56,888 bases of DNA from a virus. Its lineage: Duplodnaviria; Caudoviricetes. The translations under genes were made by a program, and so were the position numbers. The notes under the pieces are model-generated. The model had not been told where the DNA came from and did not search any database. It saw nothing but the letters and a program-made list of their open reading frames with translations. Shown here one piece after another: positions 39,054 to 47,758 of the stretch. The first letter of the stretch is position 1. The number at the start of each line of letters is the position of its first letter. Location: positions 1 to 56,888 of the IMG/VR virus record IMGVR_UViG_3300023292_000011; one strand, given 5' to 3'.

Positions 39054-40862
39054 ATGAAACCTTCTGAACTAAAAGAACAAATAGGATATCAAGCAAAGGA
39101 TATCATTCTACAAGGCTTATCTAAGAAAGAAAAGTCCGGAAAGATACTTTGCCCTTACCATGATGATAAGAATCCCTCTATGTCATGGGATAAAGAACAT
39201 AACTGCTTTAAATGTTTTGCTTGTGATGAAAACATGGATATATACAGATACTACATGGACTTCAAAGGTATGGACTTTGCAGAATCTATGGAAAAGGCAG
39301 CAAAAATAATAAATGTTAAAATTGAAGTTCACAAAAAGAGTATTGAAACAAAGAAAACATTTAAATCAGCAAGAATAGGCTATGATGAACTTACTCCTGA
39401 TGCAATAATCTTTGCAATAAACAGGCACATATCAGAAGATACTTTAAGAGCATGGAATGTTAAGAGTTCTGTTAAGCCTTCAAATGAATGGCTTGTATTT
39501 CATCATTATGATGAAAATAATAAACTTGTATTCAACACTTTTAGAAGTATAAAGTCTAAAGATTTTTTGAGACAGCCTGGTACAAAATCTATTTTATGGG
39601 GTATTAATCATATTGATGTTGAAAAGCCTGTTTTGATTGTAGAAGGTCATTGTGATTGCCTTGCTGTATGGCAGAGTGGCTTTAAGAATGTCGTAAGCAT
39701 ACCGTCAGGAGCAAAAGAACTTTCATGGATAGAGAATTGTCACGATTGGTTAAAAGTGCTTGTAAGGGTGGTTGTGTGGGCTGATAACGATACACCTGGT
39801 TTAAAGTGTGCTGAAACCATAAGATCAAGAATTGGTAGAGAAAAGTGTACAATAGAAGTTAATCCTGATTTTAAGGATGCAAATGAGTTCTTAAAATGTA
39901 GAGGTGAACATGATCTTTATAAATTCATAGAAGAAATAATGAGAGAAAAAGTATCTGGCTTAATAAATATGTCCAGAAGGAAAGATAAGACAAGGGCAAG
40001 TACATCATTCTATTCTGGCTTTTACGAAGTGGATAAACACTTTAGAAAGTTCTCTGGTGGTGATCTTACAATACTCTTTGGTAGAGATAATGAAGGTAAG
40101 TCTACATTCATGTCACAGATGCTTGCTACAGTCTTAAAGACACAAAGAGTATTCTTATATTCAGGTGAGCTTACAGAAAATAGAATAGAAGAATGGCTTA
40201 TGAGACAGCTTGTAGGCAGCGATTCAAGTATGTTCTACACTCTTGCAGATGAATTTCAGAATATAGATTATTTCATTAAACCAGAAGCTAAGAATAAGAT
40301 TAAAAAATGGTATGAAGATAAGTTTTATGTATATGAAACTAAAGTTGAAATGTCAGATACAAATAAATTATTTAATGTAATGACAAGAGGATTTAAAAAG
40401 TTTGGTATAAAGTTTTTTGTAATAGATAACTTAATGACTGCATTAGATGAAAGTTCTTCAGATGAAAATAAAAATCAAACAGCATTTGTAAAACAATGTA
40501 AACAGTTTTGTCTTGCTTTTGACACTCATATAATTGTTGTAGCACATCCAAATAAAACAGGCAGTGCAGAACAAACACCATTGTTTAAGTATCACATATC
40601 AGGAAGTAAGAATATTAGTAACATTGCTGACAATATACTTGCAGTAGAGAGAATCTGGAAACAGGACGAAGAGGCAAATGATTGTTATAAGAAAAAAGAC
40701 CTTAGTGGAATATACTATTCTGCATTGATAAGAAGTTTAAAGGATAGAGTGGGAGCAGGTAGAAAAGAATTTTATTATCACTTTGATCCTGTAAGTAATA
40801 GGTTTTATAATGAACTTACTTTTCAGAATGAAGATTATGGAATATTTAAGGGAGGAAAATGA
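39054..40862 (+). CDS. Bifunctional primase-helicase (zinc finger + TOPRIM + SF4 helicase)
   Basis: CPYHDD..CFAC; VEGHCD, WADND; Walker A GRDNEGKS, FVIDNL, VAHP, ISGS. Confidence 0.92.
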   Translation: MKPSELKEQIGYQAKDIILQGLSKKEKSGKILCPYHDDKNPSMSWDKEHNCFKCFACDENMDIYRYYMDFKGMDFAESMEKAAKIINVKIEVHKKSIETKKTFKSARIGYDELTPDAIIFAINRHISEDTLRAWNVKSSVKPSNEWLVFHHYDENNKLVFNTFRSIKSKDFLRQPGTKSILWGINHIDVEKPVLIVEGHCDCLAVWQSGFKNVVSIPSGAKELSWIENCHDWLKVLVRVVVWADNDTPGLKCAETIRSRIGREKCTIEVNPDFKDANEFLKCRGEHDLYKFIEEIMREKVSGLINMSRRKDKTRASTSFYSGFYEVDKHFRKFSGGDLTILFGRDNEGKSTFMSQMLATVLKTQRVFLYSGELTENRIEEWLMRQLVGSDSSMFYTLADEFQNIDYFIKPEAKNKIKKWYEDKFYVYETKVEMSDTNKLFNVMTRGFKKFGIKFFVIDNLMTALDESSSDENKNQTAFVKQCKQFCLAFDTHIIVVAHPNKTGSAEQTPLFKYHISGSKNISNIADNILAVERIWKQDEEANDCYKKKDLSGIYYSALIRSLKDRVGAGRKEFYYHFDPVSNRFYNELTFQNEDYGIFKGGK

Positions 40863-40991
40863 TAAGATGCCAATTCTGCCAGGTAAACAAGGCTACTACT
40901 AAAATTGAAATATTAAAGTATTCTACTGAAGACTGTGCAAAGCTTGCAGTATCTTATTTGAGTGGAGAAAGGAAATAAATAAACTTAATAC

Positions 40992-41020
40992 TTGCACTAA
41001 ATGTCAGACTGAGATATAAT
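40992..41020 (+). promoter_or_regulatory. Sigma70 promoter for the RNA cluster
   Basis: TTGCAC-17-TATAAT; predicted +1 near 41027. Confidence 0.75.
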
Positions 41021-41026
41021 GTAAAT

Positions 41027-41243
41027 AAGCAAGTGGTGAAATGGTAAACACTATTACTGGTAAGAGAGATTGATTATTGTTGTTGTTCGGTTCTTAGTAA
41101 TAAGAATGAAACTTATACGGAACAACGTGTTAGGCATAAGGGGCCACCTACTAAACACATTTTGCAATATACCAGACTGAAAGAATCCCGGTTACATCTT
41201 TCAGGTGACTAATCTCATGCAGGTTCGAATCCTGCCTTGCTTT
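41027..41243 (+). ncRNA. ~216-nt tRNA-framed structured RNA
   Basis: AAGCAAG/CTTGCTT acceptor-like stem, D-arm GTG-AAATGGTAAA-CAC, T-arm GCAGG-TTCGAAT-CCTGC, ~165-nt multi-hairpin insert. Confidence 0.7.
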
Positions 41244-41252
41244 TAAGATTAT

Positions 41253-41325
41253 GCAGGATTAGCTCAACTGGTAGAGCGTCGCCCTTTGACGGCGAATGTT
41301 AAAGGTTCAAATCCTTTATCCTGTG
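41253..41325 (+). tRNA. trnQ: tRNA-Gln (anticodon TTG), no encoded CCA
   Basis: GCAGGAT/ATCCTGT, GCTC/GAGC, TCGCC-CTTTGAC-GGCGA, AAAGG-TTCAAAT-CCTTT. Confidence 0.9.
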
Positions 41326-41334
41326 AAACAAACA

Positions 41335-41438
41335 AAGCTACGCCAAGAGCTTAACAGTGTACAACGATGGTATATTATAGCAGATCTTTTCGGAGGAGCT
41401 TGGCGGCTTGTACACACTCTGATAAGGTCTGCTTTTTT
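41335..41438 (+). promoter_or_regulatory. Structured leader/attenuator, second copy
   Basis: Loop ACGCCAAG and GTGTACAA are complementary to CTTGGCG and TTGTACAC within the terminator AGCAGATCTT/AAGGTCTGCT-TTTTT. Confidence 0.65.
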
Positions 41439-41453
41439 ATTAAGGGAGGTATA

Positions 41454-41720
41454 ATGTTCACAATATTCATTAACAAGGTAGAGTACAGATGTGAAACTAC
41501 AATTGGTGTAGCTAACATCATTAAAGCAAACTACAAGGACGGTATGGAAGCTGAAGTTATCAATAATGAAGGTATAGTTCTTATGAAGTATGGTAAGCAC
41601 AAAGATGTGTATATCTATGATGATGTTAAGAAGGAACTTGTTGTTGCTAAAAGAATACCAACTGTTAATCCAGATAAGAAGAAACAAAAAGCACAGAAGT
41701 TTAAAAAGAAGATGCTGTAA
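41454..41720 (+). CDS. Hypothetical protein
   Basis: AAGGGAGGT RBS before ATG 41454; an in-frame ATG at 41367 lies within the leader. Confidence 0.65.
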   Translation: MFTIFINKVEYRCETTIGVANIIKANYKDGMEAEVINNEGIVLMKYGKHKDVYIYDDVKKELVVAKRIPTVNPDKKKQKAQKFKKKML

Positions 41721-42157
41721 TGGTAAGTTATAAGATTGCAAGGTTGCTTAAAGAAAGTGGCTGGACAAAGAAAACAGTTCAAACATTTCCTTTAGAAACA
41801 CCTGGAGTTTGGGAATTTAAACATTTCTTTTATGCCCCTTCACTTGAAGAGTTGCTTGAAGAGTTGCCTGATGGTGTAAGTATTACACCTGTTCGGAAAG
41901 AATTTGGTGTTTGGTGTGTAAGTGGAATGTTTTTTGAACATCATGGCAAACAACAATGTTTTAGTGATAATAACCCTTGTGATGCTGCTGCAAGATTGTG
42001 GATTGAATTAAAAGGAGTTAGGAGTGTTAAACAATGTGATGAATGTACTAATGAGGATAGAGTTCTTATTTGGAAACACAAGAATCTTTTCAAGTTCTGT
42101 CCTTATTGTGGTGAATCTTTAAAGAAGGGTGTGAACAATGAAACCAAGCCAGTTTAA
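41720..42157 (+). CDS. Hypothetical protein with C-terminal zinc ribbon
   Basis: APSLEELLEELP, DAAARLWI, FCPYCGE. Confidence 0.7.
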   Translation: MVSYKIARLLKESGWTKKTVQTFPLETPGVWEFKHFFYAPSLEELLEELPDGVSITPVRKEFGVWCVSGMFFEHHGKQQCFSDNNPCDAAARLWIELKGVRSVKQCDECTNEDRVLIWKHKNLFKFCPYCGESLKKGVNNETKPV

Positions 42158-42431
42158 AAAGAAAGTAAGGTATCTTGATAATCTTATTGCAAGGTATAAG
42201 AATCTTGGTGCAATAGAATTTATTAAGTTTAAAAGAAATGAATTGCTTAATACTAATCGTGGGTTTAACTTTATGAGACAAGATTATAATGTTAAACTTA
42301 GAAAAGATAGAAAGACTGTTGAAGAGGTTCATGAAATTATACAAAATATAAATAATCATACTGATAATCCTAAAGTTTCAGCTAATATACCTACTGCGGT
42401 GAATCAGCATAAGACTATTTGTAAACCATAA
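42138..42431 (+). CDS. Hypothetical protein
   Basis: ORF in operon. Confidence 0.55.
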   Translation: MKPSQFKKKVRYLDNLIARYKNLGAIEFIKFKRNELLNTNRGFNFMRQDYNVKLRKDRKTVEEVHEIIQNINNHTDNPKVSANIPTAVNQHKTICKP

Positions 42432-42622
42432 GAGACAAACAAAGGAAATATTATGAAAGAAATAAGTAAAATAATTATTGATTATATCGGAATCGAATCA
42501 TTAAAATCTGAAACTGAAATTAAAATTAAAAACCGGGCTAAAAATGTTAAAGCAGAAGAAATAAAATTAAATGTTCCTCAATATATTATAAATAGATTAA
42601 ATCTAACAAAGGGGAGTGAACA

Positions 42623-42949
42623 ATGAGTGAAGTAAAGTGTCCATATTGTGACGCAAAAACAGAAATTAATCATGATGATGGTTATGGTTATGAAGAAAAC
42701 CAAATCCACGAACAGCAGTGTTGGAATTGTGATAGAAATTTTGGTTTTAAAACTGAAGTAAGTTTTTATTATGAAACTTTAAAAGTGCCCTGTTTTAATG
42801 GTGGCGAACATGATCTTAAGGAAATACATGGTTATCCAAAGGCATTTTTTGTAGGAAAAAAAAGGTGCCAAAGTTGTGGCGAAACAATAACGGTTGATGA
42901 AGATGCTCACGATAGGGCTATGTTAGATTATGTTAGTGAGAAAAAATGA
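42623..42949 (+). CDS. Zinc-ribbon hypothetical protein
   Basis: CPYC, CWNC, CQSC; GGGGAG RBS. Confidence 0.7.
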   Translation: MSEVKCPYCDAKTEINHDDGYGYEENQIHEQQCWNCDRNFGFKTEVSFYYETLKVPCFNGGEHDLKEIHGYPKAFFVGKKRCQSCGETITVDEDAHDRAMLDYVSEKK

Positions 42950-43125
42950 AGAATGATCAGATAAGAAGACTAAAAAAATTAGATGCAATGATTTCTAATT
43001 TCGAGAAAAATGGACTGTTTCAAATGCAGTGTCATTTTGAAAAAGAAAGAAGAAAACTGCTCAACAACATTAGAGGCATTAGCATTGATAGGAGAAGCAA
43101 TGAAACAAATACCATTTCCGAATAA
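42946..43125 (+). CDS. Hypothetical 59-aa protein (not in track)
   Basis: ATGA overlap with the previous gene; open to TAA 43123-43125. Confidence 0.45.
   Translation: MKNDQIRRLKKLDAMISNFEKNGLFQMQCHFEKERRKLLNNIRGISIDRRSNETNTISE
43055..43111. repeat. 57-bp direct repeat, copy 1
   Basis: 55/57 identical to 43656-43712. Confidence 0.9.
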
Positions 43126-43642
43126 AAAATATCAGATAATTTATGCTGACCCACCGTGGTCATATAGAGATAAAGCCCTTGCAGGGAATAGAGGGGCTGG
43201 TTGTAAATATCCAACTCAAGAAAAGGATTGGATAGACAATCTGCCAGTGTCGGAAATAGCAGATAAAAATTGTATTCTGTTTTTGTGGGTAACAATGCCA
43301 AAATTAAATGAGTGTTGGCAACTCATAGAAAAATGGGGGTTTGAGTATAAAACAGTTGGATTTACTTGGGTTAAAAAAAACAAAAAAGCACCCTCTTGGT
43401 TTTGGGGTATGGGGAGGTGGACAAGAGCCAATGCGGAATTGTGTTTAATTGCCACAAAAGGGAAGCCAAAGAGAATAGATGCAGGAGTTCATTCTGTTAT
43501 TGACACTCCTATTCAAGCACACAGTCAAAAACCAAATGAAGCAAGGGAACGAATTATTAAACTTATGGGTGATTTGCCTCGCATAGAACTATTTGCCAGA
43601 GAGAAAACAGATGGGTGGGATGTTTGGGGCAATGAAGTATGA
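43100..43642 (+). CDS. MT-A70 family N6-adenine methyltransferase
   Basis: IIYADPPW, LFLWVT, WGFEYKT, HSQKP, IELFAR; AGGAG RBS before ATG 43100. Confidence 0.92.
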   Translation: MKQIPFPNKKYQIIYADPPWSYRDKALAGNRGAGCKYPTQEKDWIDNLPVSEIADKNCILFLWVTMPKLNECWQLIEKWGFEYKTVGFTWVKKNKKAPSWFWGMGRWTRANAELCLIATKGKPKRIDAGVHSVIDTPIQAHSQKPNEARERIIKLMGDLPRIELFAREKTDGWDVWGNEV

Positions 43643-43655
43643 AAATATATAAAAT

Positions 43656-43712
43656 AACTGCTCAACAACATTAGAGGCATTAGCCTTGATAGGAGAAACA
43701 ATGAAACAAATA
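43656..43712. repeat. 57-bp direct repeat, copy 2
   Basis: Matches 43055-43111. Confidence 0.9.
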
Positions 43713-44237
43713 TTTGATAATATACATAAACTGTTAATAAGTTTGGAAGAGTCGTTTATAGAGCTTAAAATTAAAGTTGAAGAACAAATAGAGCTTAAAA
43801 TTAAAGTTGAAGAACAAACGGAAGATAAAAAGATTGACACTCACAAATACATTACATCAGCCTCAGATGTTGCTCCATGGCAATATTATATTGATGAACA
43901 CAATAGAATCCTTAAATTTTATAAAATTTATATGAACGAAAACTTTATGAGATTATGCACGGATTCGGGTGAAGCAATAGAAATATATAGAACATCAGTT
44001 TTAGATGAAAATAAATTCAGGGTTGCTAAGATACATGAGATTCCTGAGCATTGTCTTATTGGCAAGAAAGTCAGAGCGTGGGATACAGATTATTCCAAAT
44101 CTGAAAATGTGTGTGGGATATTGGTTAATGTATATAGAGATGACGCATACCCTTATACGATTTGTGATGTTGACGACAGAGGCACCCGTTATCATTATAA
44201 AAACATCGAGTTGATAGATGATTCAATTAACTATTAG
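43701..44237 (+). CDS. Hypothetical protein with tandem IELKIKVEEQ duplication
   Basis: AGGAG RBS before ATG 43701; perfect 30-bp tandem repeat at 43758-43817. Confidence 0.65.
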   Translation: MKQIFDNIHKLLISLEESFIELKIKVEEQIELKIKVEEQTEDKKIDTHKYITSASDVAPWQYYIDEHNRILKFYKIYMNENFMRLCTDSGEAIEIYRTSVLDENKFRVAKIHEIPEHCLIGKKVRAWDTDYSKSENVCGILVNVYRDDAYPYTICDVDDRGTRYHYKNIELIDDSINY

Positions 44238-44634
44238 GAGGTTTTATGTTTGGAATATACACAACTGACACATTTTTAGGCAGAGATAGAACAAATTATA
44301 GAGGCACTGACAATGTAGAAACTTGTACCGTATGCAATGGCACTGGATACATTACAAGTGGTGGAACTGAAGTGTTGGAGTGCGAGTATTGTAAAGTAAA
44401 GGAGATGCCTTTAACGAAATGATTGGGTGTGAGGGAATAAAATTAGAAAAGGAAAGGAACCATGAAAACAGAAATAACGATTCAAGCAGTATGTGACAAT
44501 GGAGAAGAATGTGAGGGGTGTATGCTTAATTTCCCAGGTGAGCCTTGTTTAGATTGTGCAGCACTAATGGAGAGAATAGGACTGCCGGCTTGTGACTCCG
44601 GTTACATATACCAAATTAAAGAAAGTGATACAAA

Positions 44635-44844
44635 ATGAACTTAATAATAAATGATTGCACAGAATATTCTATGTGCTGTTTGTGTAAGAAGAGAGCGGAG
44701 CCCTTGCACGAGATTAAGCCAGATATATCTGGCATAAGAAACTGTATTATTCTATGCAATTATTGCATAGAAGAGATTGCCCTTAAAACGGTGGGCTCTA
44801 AAAATGAGAGAAACAACTTTTTAAAAGTATTGGAGAGAATATGA
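44635..44844 (+). CDS. Small zinc-finger protein
   Basis: CCLC...LCNYC. Confidence 0.55.
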   Translation: MNLIINDCTEYSMCCLCKKRAEPLHEIKPDISGIRNCIILCNYCIEEIALKTVGSKNERNNFLKVLERI

Positions 44845-45047
44845 AAATAACAGCAGAAACTAATGCAATACCTAAAAAAGAAACATATCCTGTAATTAAA
44901 GAGAATCATAATGGGGTTATTGTCCTGTTTACAAAACAATGCACAGGAGTATGTTTAAGCCCTAATAATATTGGTGATTTTTCTGAAACATGGTGGGAAA
45001 GAGATTTTACAATAATTCCAGATAGTATAACATTGTATCAAGAATAG
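44841..45047 (+). CDS. Hypothetical protein, paralog A
   Basis: Similar to 45788-46006. Confidence 0.7.
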   Translation: MKITAETNAIPKKETYPVIKENHNGVIVLFTKQCTGVCLSPNNIGDFSETWWERDFTIIPDSITLYQE

Positions 45048-45109
45048 GAGAGTGATGAATGTTAAGATGTTCAGGGAAAGATATTCTGAGCCAAAAGGAG
45101 TGATTAAAA

Positions 45110-45319
45110 ATGCAGAGTAGAAAGCAATTGGGAATTAGCAGACTAGGTTATATATTTTATTGTTTAGGAATGGTCAATACCACCAAGATGAAAGTTCGTT
45201 TAGCGCATCCTTTGGGGTTGTTGTGGTATGTGCCCATAATGTTAATAGCCGTCTTCCTGATGATCTTTATTGATGAGAATATAGTAGAGTTTCATCGAGA
45301 TACCTGGTGCCTTTGGTAA
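45110..45319 (+). CDS. Small membrane protein
   Basis: AAGGAG RBS; one hydrophobic helix. Confidence 0.6.
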   Translation: MQSRKQLGISRLGYIFYCLGMVNTTKMKVRLAHPLGLLWYVPIMLIAVFLMIFIDENIVEFHRDTWCLW

Positions 45320-45487
45320 TGTGATCTTCGGGCAATAAGAGGGGCTCGGGGAAAGCATGCTGAAAAAGGGCGAAAGGAAGGGCGGTAACTGGTATTGTGA
45401 AAATTGTGGGTATTGGAGGGATGAAAGCGATGAAGAATGAGGTAACTATAATAGCAATACATAATCCTAAATTGGGAGGTATAAAAA

Positions 45488-45757
45488 ATGATGTTAGAAA
45501 ATAGTATATACATAGTGTTTCTGTGCGATATTTGGAGAACAAGAAGTTCTATGGAGTTAATAGGCGGGACAATGGATGGACATAAGTTAGCTGATATGGT
45601 TGAAGAATTATATAATAATAAGGAGATCCGCTTTGCTGATGATAATGTAAAAAAGATACCTAAATTAAAATGCCCTGAGGATATAGCAAAAGAAGTAAAT
45701 GATACTTTTAATTACATATTTGTAGATGTAATTAAAAATGGAGAAATAAATCTTTAA
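45488..45757 (+). CDS. Hypothetical protein
   Basis: GGGAGGT RBS. Confidence 0.65.
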   Translation: MMLENSIYIVFLCDIWRTRSSMELIGGTMDGHKLADMVEELYNNKEIRFADDNVKKIPKLKCPEDIAKEVNDTFNYIFVDVIKNGEINL

Positions 45758-45787
45758 TTTAATATACGAAAAAAAAAGGAGAAAATA

Positions 45788-46006
45788 ATGAAAATAACAT
45801 TTAAATGCAATGCAATACCTAAAAAAGAAACATATCCTGTAATTAAAGAGAATAGTAAAGGGACTATCATACTGTTTACAGAACAATATACAGGAGTATG
45901 TTTATCTTCTAAGGATGACTTCTATAAAATAGGACACAGTTCAGGAGAGTGGAATGAAAAAGTTTTCACAATAATTCCTGATAGCGTAACACTGTATCAA
46001 AAATAG
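45788..46006 (+). CDS. Hypothetical protein, paralog B
   Basis: Similar to 44841-45047; AAGGAG RBS. Confidence 0.7.
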   Translation: MKITFKCNAIPKKETYPVIKENSKGTIILFTEQYTGVCLSSKDDFYKIGHSSGEWNEKVFTIIPDSVTLYQK

Positions 46007-46016
46007 AGGAATAAAT

Positions 46017-46334
46017 ATGAATAACTGCAAAATATGTGGGGTCGAAATAAATTCCATAACATCGTCAAAGAAAAGACCGAGTTTAGTTTTGTATTGTGAT
46101 CCTTGCTTTAAAAAACATAACTTAGAGTACATGAAAAAGTATTTAAAAGGTTATAAATCTCCATGCTCACATAAATCGTCGCCAACAAATTTCAAGTTTT
46201 TAGAATCTTCAGTTGACCATAAAAAGGTATTGAGGTATCTTGAAAAAGAGTATATCAAGAAATTTGGAGTGCCTTACAAGGGCAAGTTAAGATATATCCC
46301 TTATGTACCACCGATTAAGGGTATGTTGGCATGA
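46017..46334 (+). CDS. Zinc-finger hypothetical protein
   Basis: CKICG...YCDPC. Confidence 0.6.
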   Translation: MNNCKICGVEINSITSSKKRPSLVLYCDPCFKKHNLEYMKKYLKGYKSPCSHKSSPTNFKFLESSVDHKKVLRYLEKEYIKKFGVPYKGKLRYIPYVPPIKGMLA

Positions 46335-46410
46335 ATGAAATATGCAACTTCCATTAATTTAGCGTGTTCAGGTGGTGCTTGCACCATAACAAGGTTATAG
46401 GGGAAATAAT

Positions 46411-47001
46411 ATGAGTAATATTGAAGTTTTTAATATTGAAACAAGTTTTATTCAGCAAGCTATTACAGGCATGAGGTTTGCTTTAAAATCTGCTAAGCAT
46501 AGTGATAGCAAAGTTTATAATAATGGTTTTGAAATAGGCGATAAGGATAAGGCATTAGCTTTAAAACTGATAAAAGCAGGTACAAGTCATTCTAAGTTTA
46601 TGAGGTTTATTCAGGTTAATTTTACTGTAAAAGCTCCATTGTACTGGTGGAAACATTTTGCAACATATCACTTTGCAGACTCTTTATCTGAATCTACCAT
46701 GCATACACTTATGAAAAGACAGTTAGATAAAAATGATTTTGCGAAAGATACAGATGAAGATATTATCGCTATAGTGAATGAAAATATTTATCTTGGAAAG
46801 TTTGAAGAAGCTGTTAATAATCTTCCTTGTTCGTTTTTGCAGTCCAGGATGATAAGCACTAATTATGCTTGTTTGAGAAATATGTATTTTCAAAGAAGGA
46901 ATCATAAATTGCAGGAATGGCATGATTTTTTTGAGGAATTGCTACCTCATTTGCCAGAAAATATTTTTATTATTGCTGAAAAAGGAAAGAGTGATGAATA
47001 A
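46411..47001 (+). CDS. ThyX/Thy1-like protein (divergent phage type)
   Basis: HSKFMRFI..KAPLYWW, SESTMH, NYACLRNMYFQRRNHKLQEW. Confidence 0.75.
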   Translation: MSNIEVFNIETSFIQQAITGMRFALKSAKHSDSKVYNNGFEIGDKDKALALKLIKAGTSHSKFMRFIQVNFTVKAPLYWWKHFATYHFADSLSESTMHTLMKRQLDKNDFAKDTDEDIIAIVNENIYLGKFEEAVNNLPCSFLQSRMISTNYACLRNMYFQRRNHKLQEWHDFFEELLPHLPENIFIIAEKGKSDE

Positions 47002-47179
47002 GAAAATATTAGTAGTAACAGGCTTTAAAAAAAGTGTTGAATTAATTAGTCAAAATAAATGCCCTATATGTTTAACAGATATAAATAAAGAATCTTTTGA
47101 AAATGATGTTTCATATAAAGAAAGTTTAATATCTGGATTATGTCAAAAATGTCAAGATGAAGTATTTGGAAAGGATTAA
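46994..47179 (+). CDS. Small zinc-finger protein
   Basis: CPIC...ISGLCQKCQDEVF. Confidence 0.65.
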   Translation: MNKKILVVTGFKKSVELISQNKCPICLTDINKESFENDVSYKESLISGLCQKCQDEVFGKD

Positions 47180-47182
47180 ATA

Positions 47183-47410
47183 ATGTCTAACATATCAAAA
47201 AACTATTCTCTATGCCTGTATAAGCATAAATTAAAAGACAAGTGTCCTTTTGTATATGCAGGTAATAAGTGTATTAAGACTAAGAAAACAGAGCGTGTAT
47301 TCAAGTCAGGATGGACAGAAGAAGATAAATATATATTTTGTCCAGTAGAGAAGGATTATAAACTTAGGCGTGAAGCTGAAGTAAAGGAAAACCAAGGGAG
47401 GTTGTTTTAA
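47183..47410 (+). CDS. Hypothetical Cys-containing protein
   Basis: Repeated junction RBS. Confidence 0.6.
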   Translation: MSNISKNYSLCLYKHKLKDKCPFVYAGNKCIKTKKTERVFKSGWTEEDKYIFCPVEKDYKLRREAEVKENQGRLF

Positions 47411-47595
47411 TGATTAAATTTGATAGTCTTATAAGTATTTTAGAAAGGGTTTGCAATTCTGATTGTGATGATATTCAGAGTGAAATGTGTGTGTATTGTG
47501 AATCTCTTATTAAGTGTGAATATTGTCCGTTTCATTCAGAAAATAATGCAATGAGAGCAGCTGAAATGTTGAGAGGATTGATAAAACATGATTGA
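47410..47595 (+). CDS. Cys-rich small protein
   Basis: GGGAGG RBS; CEYCPF. Confidence 0.6.
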   Translation: MIKFDSLISILERVCNSDCDDIQSEMCVYCESLIKCEYCPFHSENNAMRAAEMLRGLIKHD

Positions 47596-47758
47596 AAAAT
47601 TGATTGATCTTTTAGGATCTTGTTCCCAATATGAAGTAGAAGAGGTTTGCAATAGTTTTGACCACAGTTGTGATGATAATTGTGTAAATTGTCCGTTCTA
47701 TTCAGCTGACAATGCTAAGAAAACGGCAAAGTCATTAAAGGAGTTGATAGAGCAATGA
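47588..47758 (+). CDS. Cys-rich small protein, paralog of the previous gene (not in track)
   Basis: VCNS..CDD..CVNCPFYS..NA pattern shared with 47410-47595. Confidence 0.55.
   Translation: MIEKLIDLLGSCSQYEVEEVCNSFDHSCDDNCVNCPFYSADNAKKTAKSLKELIEQ

Noticed and set aside
41027-41243. tmRNA or a tRNA with a group I intron
   Set aside because: No G3-U70 alanine pair, a true D-stem is present, it is short for tmRNA, and no group I P7 motifs were recognised; kept as an unknown RNA.
41326-41440. HDV-like (theta) ribozyme after the tRNA
   Set aside because: Could not build the nested P1/P2/P3 double pseudoknot; the sequence fits a leader/terminator instead.
43010-43099. N-terminal extension of the MT-A70 ORF
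   Set aside because: The RBS and the duplicated start context point to ATG 43100.
44841-46006. Diversity-generating retroelement template/variable repeat pair
   Set aside because: Differences are not adenine-specific, both copies are intact genes, and no reverse transcriptase is encoded.
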